From contig CAVUCU010000004.1 in the NCBI GenBank assembly GCA_963740085.1, positions 544,001 through 608,000 of the forward strand: DNA of 64,000 nt. Direction: 5' to 3'. Source of the stretch: Nitrospirota bacterium. GTDB lineage: Bacteria > Nitrospirota > UBA9217. The translations under genes were made by a program, and so were the position numbers. Positions 11,054-19,985 of this stretch are shown in pieces. Each line of letters starts with the position of its first letter. The stretch's first letter is position 1. Under the pieces are notes generated by a model. The model made no database searches and was not told the DNA's origin. It was given only the letters and a program-made list of their open reading frames with translations.

Positions 11054-12475
11054 ATGAATTTCCAGATGCTCTCTCTGGTTACCGAGGAACTAGACGCACT
11101 CCTCACGAATGCGCGGGTGGAACGCGTGTATCAGGGGAGAGGGGGAGGATTGTATTTTCTGCTTAATCGCGAACGGAAAAAGTTCATTCTTCTGCTGTCC
11201 CCAGACCGTGCCATACCCCGTCTTCATCTTGTGAGCGCGAAGCCGGCTGCCGAGACCATGCCTCATGGCTTCATCCTTTTCCTCAGGAGCCGCGTGTCCG
11301 GCGCACGGGTGACTGCCATCAGCCTGGAGAACCAGGACCGCGTCGTGAAAATTCACTTCAGCAGGCAGGGGGAAGAGTATCTCCTCATGTTCGAGCTCTT
11401 CGGTTCATCGGCCAATCTTGTACTTGTTGATGTCTCATCGACAATCCTCGCGGTCTACAACCCGGTTCCTCCAACGGAAGAAGCGGTTCGTCCGCTGATG
11501 CCAGGACTCCAATACTGCGCTCCTGAAAAAAAGCGCGACACGGGCTTTCAGAGGAGCGGTCTCTCAAGCGGCTTCGACGCGGGTCCATCTCCCAACAGGG
11601 CTGCGGAAATGTATTACGAATGCCTCATCGAGCAGCGGCATATTGCAAGACTCCGGACCGAACTTTCCTCTCGTATTAAAAAGGATCTTTCAAAGACCGA
11701 TCGTCTGATGAGCGCCTTGTCCGGAGATTTGAGATCAGCCGACCGGGTTGACGAATACCGGCAGGCTGGGGATCTGGTCCTTGCGCATCTGAAAGAGCTG
11801 AGAACGGGGATGGAACGGGCGGACCTTACGGGGTATGACGGCAGAACAGTTCCGGTTATACTCGACCCGAAGCGTTCCCCGTCTCGGAATGCTGAACTCT
11901 ATTTCAAAAAATATAAAAAAGCAAGAACGGGCAGGGACATCATCGCCGCTCGACTGCGCCAGGCCACCGATGAGGCCTCATATCTCAAATCGATTTTAAA
12001 TGATATAGAAAAGGCTGCAGATATCGACACGCTCATCTCCATCAGGTCCGGGCTTGTGGCAACAGGACGACTTGAAAAAAAGCCTGTGCCCTCTAAAAAA
12101 ACGCGGCAGGTGGCGGCATCACCGGCAATAAGAAAGATCGTGTTCAGCGGTTGGGAGATACTAGTGGGCAAGAGCGCTGCAGGTAACGATCATCTCACGT
12201 TGAAGATAGCCCGCCCCGACGATCTCTGGCTCCATGCCGAGGGCATGCCCGGTTCTCATGTGATCATCAGGAATCCGAACGCGGGGATCATCCCGCCCGA
12301 AGTGCTGCTGAAGGCGGCTGCCCTGGCGGCGTTCCATAGCAAGGGGAAGAATGCCGCTAAAGTGCCGGTGACTTATACCTCCGCGGGTCTCGTAAAAAAA
12401 CCAAGGGGCGCAAAACCGGGTTTGGTGACGCTCCAGGCGCGGAAGTCCCTGATGGTGAAGCCGGAGGACGGATAG
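11054..12475 (+). CDS. NFACT/RqcH (FbpA-like) ribosome quality-control protein
   Basis: DRV motif, NAELYFKKYKK, and C-terminal NFACT-R domain VGKSAAGND...WLHAEGMPGSHV. Confidence 0.88.
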   Translation: MNFQMLSLVTEELDALLTNARVERVYQGRGGGLYFLLNRERKKFILLLSPDRAIPRLHLVSAKPAAETMPHGFILFLRSRVSGARVTAISLENQDRVVKIHFSRQGEEYLLMFELFGSSANLVLVDVSSTILAVYNPVPPTEEAVRPLMPGLQYCAPEKKRDTGFQRSGLSSGFDAGPSPNRAAEMYYECLIEQRHIARLRTELSSRIKKDLSKTDRLMSALSGDLRSADRVDEYRQAGDLVLAHLKELRTGMERADLTGYDGRTVPVILDPKRSPSRNAELYFKKYKKARTGRDIIAARLRQATDEASYLKSILNDIEKAADIDTLISIRSGLVATGRLEKKPVPSKKTRQVAASPAIRKIVFSGWEILVGKSAAGNDHLTLKIARPDDLWLHAEGMPGSHVIIRNPNAGIIPPEVLLKAAALAAFHSKGKNAAKVPVTYTSAGLVKKPRGAKPGLVTLQARKSLMVKPEDG

Positions 12476-12555
12476 GAACGCAGTGAGAAGAGATTATTAC
12501 CTTTACAGTTTGAAAAGATTCGAGTAGAATTTGTTCACTGCCGAAGAAAATAACC

Positions 12556-12744
12556 ATGACAAAAAAAATCGTCAACGGCGGTACCATGAGCATCAGCCAC
12601 TTTACCCGTAACACGTCGGTAACCCTCGGCGGGGGATTGGCCTTGGGTTCCGGTAAGGCGCAGATCCTCAGCGGCCGCACCGATATTCAAACCGTAGACT
12701 CAAAAGGCTGGATGCTTTTCCTGGCCTCATCGTATTCATATTAG
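12556..12744 (+). pseudogene. Possible C-terminal remnant of an outer-membrane beta-barrel protein
   Basis: Two amphipathic strands ending in aromatic ...LFLASSYSY*; no signal peptide or N-terminal part. Confidence 0.35.
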
Positions 12745-12827
12745 ATAGGCATCTATAATGATATACGCGAAATATCTTTCGCAAATTGTGCTGATAAGAG
12801 CGACCTGGCCTGGAGACGTCATTAAAA

Positions 12828-14879
12828 ATGAAATTCAATTTCAAGAAACTTTTATTCGCACCATTTATCTTTCTGTTGCTCAGCTCCACGATCCTAGCGG
12901 CCCCGCATATTACCAGATCGAGACCTGAACCCCTCGAATTCCCCGGCAGGACATTGCAGGAGCGCTTTGCTCAGAGAACGCCGGAGGGCATGATGGCTGC
13001 GGCCCCGCTCTCCTACACCACACCCACGACCGTCAATGTGCTCTTTCTCCGCGTGGATTTCCCTCCGGATCAGGACTCCTTAACAACGGGCAGTGGCGTG
13101 TGGAGTGACCCGCTCTATTCCTATAACAGTGATGCCGATTATTGGGTCAACCGAGCAAAAACCAAATTCCCTGATTACTGGAAAGAAGTTTCGTACGGAC
13201 TGCTTACCGTGATGATCGATGTTTCTTCGAAGGTGTATCGATTGCCCCATACCATGACCGATTATGCGGGCAGTACATCGTCGTCGATCGAAAATTTTAT
13301 TTACGATAGTATTGCCACCGCAAGCACGGACACTACCTTGAATTTCGCCTTTTACGACGGGGTGTTCATCATCCATGCGGGAGTCGGACAAGAAACCGCC
13401 GATACAATGGGATCGGCAACGAACGACCTCTGGTCGCTTTTTTACTCGGGTGGAACAAGAATTTGTCAAAATGCGGGAACTGCTTCCTGCGTCAGCGTTC
13501 TGTTGAAGGACGGCAAGGCCCTTAGTGAAGCCATCATTATGCCGCAGACTGAATCGCGTTTCAGCCTGACGGTGGACCCATTGGGCGTATACGCGCACGA
13601 ATTCGGCCACTGGCTCGGGTTGCCTGACCTTTATTGTGTTTCTTCAGCGACGTCTTGTCCGGGCGAGGGAGTGGGGAACTGGAGCCTGATGGATCAAGGC
13701 AGTTATAATGCCGACCCCGCCACGTGTACTTCGAGCACACCACATTGCATATTTGGAAGCTCTCCTGCGCATCTGGATGCCTGGAGTCTGGTTCACCTTG
13801 GGTGGGTGAATCCGCAGACAATTATTGGCTATAATCCGTCACTGTCCTTGCCATCGGTAGAGTCAGTGCCATCGCCATTAATTCCCGCGGCGGGAACGGA
13901 TGTTTTCCGGGCAATCGCTTCAACAGGCGACGCAAATCAGTACTTCCTGATCGAGAACAGGCAGCAGATCGGGTTTGACGTCGGCATTCCCGGACACGGC
14001 CTGCTGATCTGGCTTGTCGATGACGGTATTGTCATCCCAGGCCTGATTTCGAACACGGTCAACAGCGGAACTCATCCAGGCGTGAAGCTCGTTGAAGCTG
14101 ATGGGGACTGGACCCTGCTGGATCCATCCCCGAGCGACTACGGGAGCCCCGGCGACCCTTTCCCGGGCTCCACGAACAATTCCGCGATGACACCGGTGAC
14201 CAGACCGTCATCAACTGCCTATACGAACTACGGACAGGTGAATATCAGGGACATCACGGAAGCTGCCCCCCCGTTCTCACCTGTTACATTTTCCCTTGGT
14301 TTCGGGCCTCTCCCACCCATGGGCCTGATCTTCGACGGGGGAACGAAGGACCTCATCTGGAGCGCTGTTGCGGGAGCAACGAACTATAATGTATACAAGA
14401 ACGGCGTCCTTATCACGAGCACAAGTTCGCCGTCTTACGTTGACGGTAATTATATGACAACGGATGTATATAGGGTAACTGCAGTGAATAGTGACGGGAG
14501 TGAATCTCAACTTTCGGACAAAGCTTCACCGCCGGCCCAGGTTGACGGAGGGAGCCACAAACAATACTGTTTTATCGCAACGGCCGCATATGGTTCCTAC
14601 CTTGATCCGCACGTGGAGACACTGCGCGGCTTCCGTGATCGCTATCTGCTCACGAATCCCATCGGTCGTTCTTTTGTATCCATCTACTATCAGTATTCCC
14701 CTCCGATCGCCGATGTTATCGGCAGACACGAAGGCCTCAGAATGGCAACACGATGGGTGCTTACGCCGGTCGTTTTTGCAGTGGAGTACCCTCTTGTTTT
14801 TCTCGTATTATTTGCAGCAGGGGTCCTGTTGGCGGAAAGAAAGCTCCGCACCCGCACCCGTTCGAGGATCAGGGCTTGA
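12828..14879 (+). CDS. Secreted M6-family (immune inhibitor A-like) metalloprotease with FN3-like region and CFI-box-CTERM domain
   Basis: Signal peptide, [30 protein letters not shown]; C-terminal [10 protein letters not shown]...LRGFRD...YY.YSPP followed by a TM segment. Confidence 0.88.
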   Translation: MKFNFKKLLFAPFIFLLLSSTILAAPHITRSRPEPLEFPGRTLQERFAQRTPEGMMAAAPLSYTTPTTVNVLFLRVDFPPDQDSLTTGSGVWSDPLYSYNSDADYWVNRAKTKFPDYWKEVSYGLLTVMIDVSSKVYRLPHTMTDYAGSTSSSIENFIYDSIATASTDTTLNFAFYDGVFIIHAGVGQETADTMGSATNDLWSLFYSGGTRICQNAGTASCVSVLLKDGKALSEAIIMPQTESRFSLTVDPLGVYAHEFGHWLGLPDLYCVSSATSCPGEGVGNWSLMDQGSYNADPATCTSSTPHCIFGSSPAHLDAWSLVHLGWVNPQTIIGYNPSLSLPSVESVPSPLIPAAGTDVFRAIASTGDANQYFLIENRQQIGFDVGIPGHGLLIWLVDDGIVIPGLISNTVNSGTHPGVKLVEADGDWTLLDPSPSDYGSPGDPFPGSTNNSAMTPVTRPSSTAYTNYGQVNIRDITEAAPPFSPVTFSLGFGPLPPMGLIFDGGTKDLIWSAVAGATNYNVYKNGVLITSTSSPSYVDGNYMTTDVYRVTAVNSDGSESQLSDKASPPAQVDGGSHKQYCFIATAAYGSYLDPHVETLRGFRDRYLLTNPIGRSFVSIYYQYSPPIADVIGRHEGLRMATRWVLTPVVFAVEYPLVFLVLFAAGVLLAERKLRTRTRSRIRA

Positions 14880-14987
14880 CCTTGAAGAAGAGCACGGCAC
14901 ATATCAACGTTCCGCGATTGAATTTGGTAACGTGAAAATTAATTAAGGAGCGGCGGTACCTTTTCGGGATGCGGAGCCGGCGAATTT

Positions 14988-15701
14988 ATGCGCACACCAA
15001 GTCTTGATACCAGAACCAGGCAAAAGGGCATCGGCCCTTTCATAGCGGTGTTATTGACCCTCTTGTCGTGTATCGCTCCGTCTTTTAACCATGCGGCGCA
15101 AAGTCCTCACGTTAAAGTCCTCTATTTCTTTTCCCTGTCATGTCCGCACTGCGTTGAAGCCAGACCCGCAGTAATCGCGCTCAGCAAGGAATACCGCATC
15201 GAAGGACACAATTTCGGTACGATCAAGGCCAAGGGATATCCCTTCCCGGTAAAGATGGGCGACAAGAAAAACGCAAGAAAAGCTTACGGCATCAAGGTGA
15301 TCCCATCGCTTGCAATCCTCATTGATGGTATCTATAAACAAAAGATCGAGGGAACGTCGGATATTCAGGACGCAAAGAGCATCATTAAAGCCCTGTCAAG
15401 CGGAGCAATGACCGTGACCGAGGCGGTAAATAAAAAAAAGGATGCCGATCTCACGGTCACCGGTTGGGTCGTCGCGAAAGGCGAATATTTTAAGAATGTC
15501 CGGTTTATGCTGACCGATCGTAAGACGGAGATCCAGGTCAAGGCATGGCTGCCGTTGGAGACAATGAAAAGTCCGATGAAGAAAGCCGGGCCGCGGCTGA
15601 TGTCGAACGTCATAAGGAAGCCGGTCGTTCTGAGAGGCAGCTTTATTCAAACAGATACGGGCGCTCTATTCCTGGTAAAAGAGGAACTTCCACTGGATTG
15701 A
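14988..15701 (+). CDS. Exported thioredoxin-fold protein (CPHC) with a C-terminal OB-like domain
   Basis: Signal peptide, YFFSLSCPHC, cis-Pro motif YGIKVIPS. Confidence 0.7.
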   Translation: MRTPSLDTRTRQKGIGPFIAVLLTLLSCIAPSFNHAAQSPHVKVLYFFSLSCPHCVEARPAVIALSKEYRIEGHNFGTIKAKGYPFPVKMGDKKNARKAYGIKVIPSLAILIDGIYKQKIEGTSDIQDAKSIIKALSSGAMTVTEAVNKKKDADLTVTGWVVAKGEYFKNVRFMLTDRKTEIQVKAWLPLETMKSPMKKAGPRLMSNVIRKPVVLRGSFIQTDTGALFLVKEELPLD

Positions 15702-15712
15702 GCGGTCTATTT

Positions 15713-16510
15713 TTATTCGCCGCCCGTCCTCTCCTCCGTCCTCTTGCTTTTCTGCCACAACTGCTCCATCTCATCGAGGGACATGTCGTTCAATGACCGT
15801 CCCGCGTTCGCCGCGTGTTCTTCGATCTGGCGGAAGCGGCGGATGAACTTACTGATTGTTTTGCGGAGCGCCTCTTCCGGGTTAACGTCGAGGAAGCGCG
15901 AAATGTTCACGAGCATGAAGAATATGTCTCCGAGCTCCTCTTCAATGCCGGCGGGATCCTTGTCCTTCAGCGACTCCTTGAACTCTGCGATCTCCTCATC
16001 GAGCTTGGGCAGGGCTTCATCTATCCTGCTCCAGTCGAAGCCCACGCGTGCCGCTCGCTCCTGAAGGCTGTGTGCGCGAAGGAGCGAGGGGAGGTGGCGG
16101 GGCACTCCTTCGAGGACCGATTTCCGCTCCTCGTACCCCTTTTCCTTTTTCTTGATCTCCTCCCAATTTGCTAACACTTCTTTGTCCGTAGTGAGCCTGG
16201 CGTTTCCGAACACATGGGGATGTCGGCGGGTCATCTTCTCAATGGTGCCCGAGATCACATCCCGGATGGTGAACTGGCTGTTTTCCTCCGCGATGCGTGC
16301 GTGAAAGATGATCTGGAACAGGAGGTCTCCAAGCTCTTCTTTCACCTTGTCGGGGGAACCCTCGTCGAGGGCATCCACGACCTCATAGCATTCTTCGATC
16401 AGGAATGGTTTAAGCGATTCGGCGGTCTGCTTGTGGTCCCAGGGGCAGCCGCCCGGGCCCCGGAGTTTCGCCATGAGTTCCACCAGGTCTTTGAGGTTGT
16501 TATTCACCAA
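15713..16510 (-). CDS. mazG: Nucleoside triphosphate pyrophosphohydrolase
   Basis: LRGPGGCPWD, EECYE, EELGDLL, RRHPHVF, GFDW, second EELGD. Confidence 0.96.
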   Translation of the reverse strand: MVNNNLKDLVELMAKLRGPGGCPWDHKQTAESLKPFLIEECYEVVDALDEGSPDKVKEELGDLLFQIIFHARIAEENSQFTIRDVISGTIEKMTRRHPHVFGNARLTTDKEVLANWEEIKKKEKGYEERKSVLEGVPRHLPSLLRAHSLQERAARVGFDWSRIDEALPKLDEEIAEFKESLKDKDPAGIEEELGDIFFMLVNISRFLDVNPEEALRKTISKFIRRFRQIEEHAANAGRSLNDMSLDEMEQLWQKSKRTEERTGGE

Positions 16511-16549
16511 AATACCCCGCTATGGATTGGATCGTTTTTGACATTTCTG

Positions 16550-16650
16550 TGAGCGCTTCGACAAGCTTCATGATCCCGGCACGAACGGACCAATGAGTGC
16601 GATAGTGGCAAACCACAACTATCGATCATGGTGATTTTGTCGAAGCTTCA
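16550..16650. repeat. REP-like imperfect inverted repeat
   Basis: GCTTCGACAAG.CTT.CATGATC (16555-16575) pairs with GATCATG..TTTGTCGAAGC (16624-16646). Confidence 0.6.
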
Positions 16651-16772
16651 TTTTTTACCTTACACAAACCACCTATTGTTTGCAAGCTTTTTTCTTGAAG
16701 CAAAACGGTATCTATGGTAGTCTTATGACCATCCTCTACAATGTACTGATTGACGTCGAAAGGAGATTGATC

Positions 16773-17192
16773 ATGTTTCAAAGAGCTTTTTACGCGGTTA
16801 TGGTGCTTGCTGTTTTCATCCTTTGTACGGCCATGGGCGGCACCGGGGGGTTCGAACGGGCACCCAGGGTAGAGAAGAACTATGCCGTCGTCGTTACCGA
16901 CGCCTCAGGAAGCAAGATCGAAGGTGAAAAGTTCAGCTGGGAGGGGCGTATCAACTTCGCCGGATATATCGGCATGGCCCAGGTGACGATGCCGTTCGAG
17001 AAGATCAAAGAACTGACCATAGGGGAGATGCGTGACCGGAAAGTGAAGGTTACGGCGCGACTCACGGACGGGACAGAGACAAGTTTTGAGGTTGACGCGA
17101 AATCGCGCTGCTTTGGAGAAGCAAGTTTCGGCAGCTTCATGCTGCAGATGGACGAGATCAAGTCGATTGCCTTTAAAAAAGAATTAAGGTAG
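16773..17192 (+). CDS. Exported hypothetical protein, beta-rich
   Basis: SD AGGAG, hydrophobic signal ending in AMGG, clean ORF. Confidence 0.75.
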   Translation: MFQRAFYAVMVLAVFILCTAMGGTGGFERAPRVEKNYAVVVTDASGSKIEGEKFSWEGRINFAGYIGMAQVTMPFEKIKELTIGEMRDRKVKVTARLTDGTETSFEVDAKSRCFGEASFGSFMLQMDEIKSIAFKKELR

Positions 17193-17373
17193 CTTCTCTG
17201 GTGGATTGACTGATGGCAGGCAGGCTGAAGTGGACATTACCTGTATGAGGGTGCGCCAGACTTCAGCCTAAAAACTGATCATGTCGGCCTTCAGTCTTCT
17301 TGCTGAATCCCTGACTAGTTACGAATCAAGAAAACCTTTCCCTATTTCCTCCACGAACGGCTCGGGCCATATC

Positions 17374-19926
17374 ATGATATCAATTCATGCCGGCAACATT
17401 AAAACAATGCTTGAAGAAGAAGGCGCGATCATCCGCAGCGCGCACTTTTCCGGAGCTGGCGGCAGCGAGGTGGTCCGGCGTCGAACCGAACTCATTGACC
17501 GAACGCTGCGCAACTCATATGATCGCCTGACCGGGGCCGGTGCCATGCCGGCGTTGCTCGCAACAGGAGGATATGGCAGGGGCGAACTGAATCCCTACTC
17601 GGACATCGACATCATGTTCCTGTGCAGGGACGAAAAAGACCGGCAGCGCTCTCTGGAGTTGCTGTATATACTCTGGGACGCCGGTATGGACGTGGGGTAC
17701 AGCGTTCGGACCGTGCCCGAGTGCGTGTCGCTTGCGCGGCAGGACATCAAGATCCGCACATCGCTCCTTGAATCACGCCTGATCGCCGGAGACCCCGTGT
17801 TCTACGATTCGTTCATCAGGACGATGCAGAGCGAGATCTTTTATTGGAAGCCCTCTGCATTCATCCATGAAAAGATCGCAGAGCGGGTTGCAACGCGCCG
17901 GAAATACGGAGGTTCGATCTACTTACGGGAACCCAACATCAAAGAGTGCGAAGGAGGACTCCGGGACATTCATACGGGATTTTGGGTCGCTTTTGTGCAT
18001 TTTCGGGTCAGGTCTCTCGGAGAACTGGTTGCGATGAATATCATCACCGGAAGGCAATATGCAGTGTTCCAGAGGTCCAGGAACTTTCTCTGGAGACTCA
18101 GGAACGAGATTCACTATCTCTCCGGCCGCAAGAACGACCACCTTACTTTCGACCTCCAGGATCGCGCGTCAAAGGACTTCAAATACCGCGATTCGGCAAA
18201 CCTTTTCGCGGTTGAGCGCTTTATGAAGTCCTATTTTCTCCACGCGAGGAACATTCGAGAATTTACGGATAGTGTTGTCACTGCCGTTCTCGGGAAAACG
18301 TCCCGCCGGTGGTTCCAAAGAACGCAGAAGCTCGGCCATTTTTCCCTGACCGGCAAAACATTGTTTCTCACCTCGACGGAGCCGTTTCGTGAAAATGCCG
18401 CTCTTGCGATGACCGCTTTCGAAATAGCCCAGGACCGGCATGCTGTTTTTTCAGACCAGCTCAGGTCCCTGATCAATGCATGCAGGATCGATGATGCCGG
18501 GAGGACCTCCACGTCGGCTTCAAAATCATTCCTTACCATCCTTAATAATCCCGACGGCCTGTCGGAGACGCTTGCCCTGATGAAGGACCTGCGGTTTCTC
18601 GGCCGGTACATCCCGGAATTCAGGGCGATCCAGGCGCTCGCAAGACACGACTACTACCACCTGTACACGGTTGATGAACATATTCTGCTTGCCATAAAAA
18701 ATGTGCAGGCCTTGTGGCCGGGCAGTTTTCCTTCGCTCACGACTCTTTCCGATGCCTTCAAGGGTCTCGGTAAGCGCTGGGTCCTGGTCCTTGCTGTTTT
18801 GCTTCACGACCTGGGTAAGGCATTCCGGGATGATCACGCGCAGCGGGGCGCGGAGCTGGCAAAGAATATCCTCACCAGGCTCTCTATCACCGGAGAGGAT
18901 CGTGAGCGGGTCCTTTTTCTCATCGAGAACCATCTGGTCATGGCGCTTCTGTCACAACGGCGTGAGCTCAGCGACCGAAAGGTCATCGCCGATTTTTCAC
19001 GGCTCGTACGGGACCGCGAGAACCTGGCCATGCTGTACCTGCTCACGTATGCCGACATCTCGGCGGTGAACCCCGCTGCCTGGACCCAATGGAAAGCCGT
19101 GCTGCTCCAGGACCTTTACGTGCGGACGCTCAACTACCTGGATGCGAGCGCGCAGACCGTTGAGGAAGAACGGGCCAGGCTGATCGCGGCGTCCGACAGG
19201 ATAAGAAATGCAGCCGAGGGAGAGTTCTCTTTAAAAGAGATCGAGAACTTCCTCGCAACCATGCCCGAACAATATCTCCTCACCACCTCGACGCACCGGG
19301 TGATGGATCACCTGAGCATGGTGAAAAAGTTGCCTGAGGAACAGCTCGTTATCCGTTACCGGCATTATCCGGAACGCGGATACACCGAGCTTTCCGTCTG
19401 CGCCTACGATGCCTACGGCATGTTCTACCGGACCGCGGGCACGATCGCCTCGAAGAATCTGAACATCCTTCGCGCCCAGGTGTTTACCTCAAAGAACGGT
19501 GTGATGATAGACACGTTCCAGATCACCGGTCCCGATGGAAAGCTCTTCGAGTACGATGATGCATGGGAAAGTGTACGTGCTGAACTTCGGGCTGCACTCA
19601 TAAGCGGGTTCAAGCTTCCTGAACCGGGCGCCCATGCGTCGACCCAGTCGCTCCCCGCAGCGATAACACCCGCAGTGGCTTTCGACAACGAATCCTCTGA
19701 GATATTCACGATCATCGACATCAACGCCCGCGACCGAGTTGGTTTTCTGTATCACGTGGCGAAGACCCTTTACGACCTGAACCTGGACATCGGCTCGGCG
19801 AAGATCGTGACCGAGGGATCGCGAGTCATGGATTCTTTCTACGTGACAAACTTGTTTAAGAAGAAGATAGAGGATGACGTCCGGCTCGAGAAGATCAGGG
19901 AAACGCTGGTGAAGGCAATTATGTGA
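17374..19926 (+). CDS. glnD: [Protein-PII] uridylyltransferase
   Basis: GGYGRGELNPYSDIDI, EPNIKE..GGLRD, YHLYTVDEH, HD domain LLHDLGK, two ACT domains. Confidence 0.97.
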   Translation: MISIHAGNIKTMLEEEGAIIRSAHFSGAGGSEVVRRRTELIDRTLRNSYDRLTGAGAMPALLATGGYGRGELNPYSDIDIMFLCRDEKDRQRSLELLYILWDAGMDVGYSVRTVPECVSLARQDIKIRTSLLESRLIAGDPVFYDSFIRTMQSEIFYWKPSAFIHEKIAERVATRRKYGGSIYLREPNIKECEGGLRDIHTGFWVAFVHFRVRSLGELVAMNIITGRQYAVFQRSRNFLWRLRNEIHYLSGRKNDHLTFDLQDRASKDFKYRDSANLFAVERFMKSYFLHARNIREFTDSVVTAVLGKTSRRWFQRTQKLGHFSLTGKTLFLTSTEPFRENAALAMTAFEIAQDRHAVFSDQLRSLINACRIDDAGRTSTSASKSFLTILNNPDGLSETLALMKDLRFLGRYIPEFRAIQALARHDYYHLYTVDEHILLAIKNVQALWPGSFPSLTTLSDAFKGLGKRWVLVLAVLLHDLGKAFRDDHAQRGAELAKNILTRLSITGEDRERVLFLIENHLVMALLSQRRELSDRKVIADFSRLVRDRENLAMLYLLTYADISAVNPAAWTQWKAVLLQDLYVRTLNYLDASAQTVEEERARLIAASDRIRNAAEGEFSLKEIENFLATMPEQYLLTTSTHRVMDHLSMVKKLPEEQLVIRYRHYPERGYTELSVCAYDAYGMFYRTAGTIASKNLNILRAQVFTSKNGVMIDTFQITGPDGKLFEYDDAWESVRAELRAALISGFKLPEPGAHASTQSLPAAITPAVAFDNESSEIFTIIDINARDRVGFLYHVAKTLYDLNLDIGSAKIVTEGSRVMDSFYVTNLFKKKIEDDVRLEKIRETLVKAIM

Positions 19927-19985
19927 AATCAGGGTTCAAAGTTCCATGTTCAGAAGTCGGGAGAGAGTAACGCTTCAGGCAGCAT

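Noticed and set aside
10860-11057. 65-aa ORF between queE and the NFACT gene
   Set aside because: AT-rich, no SD or motif; more likely promoter DNA.
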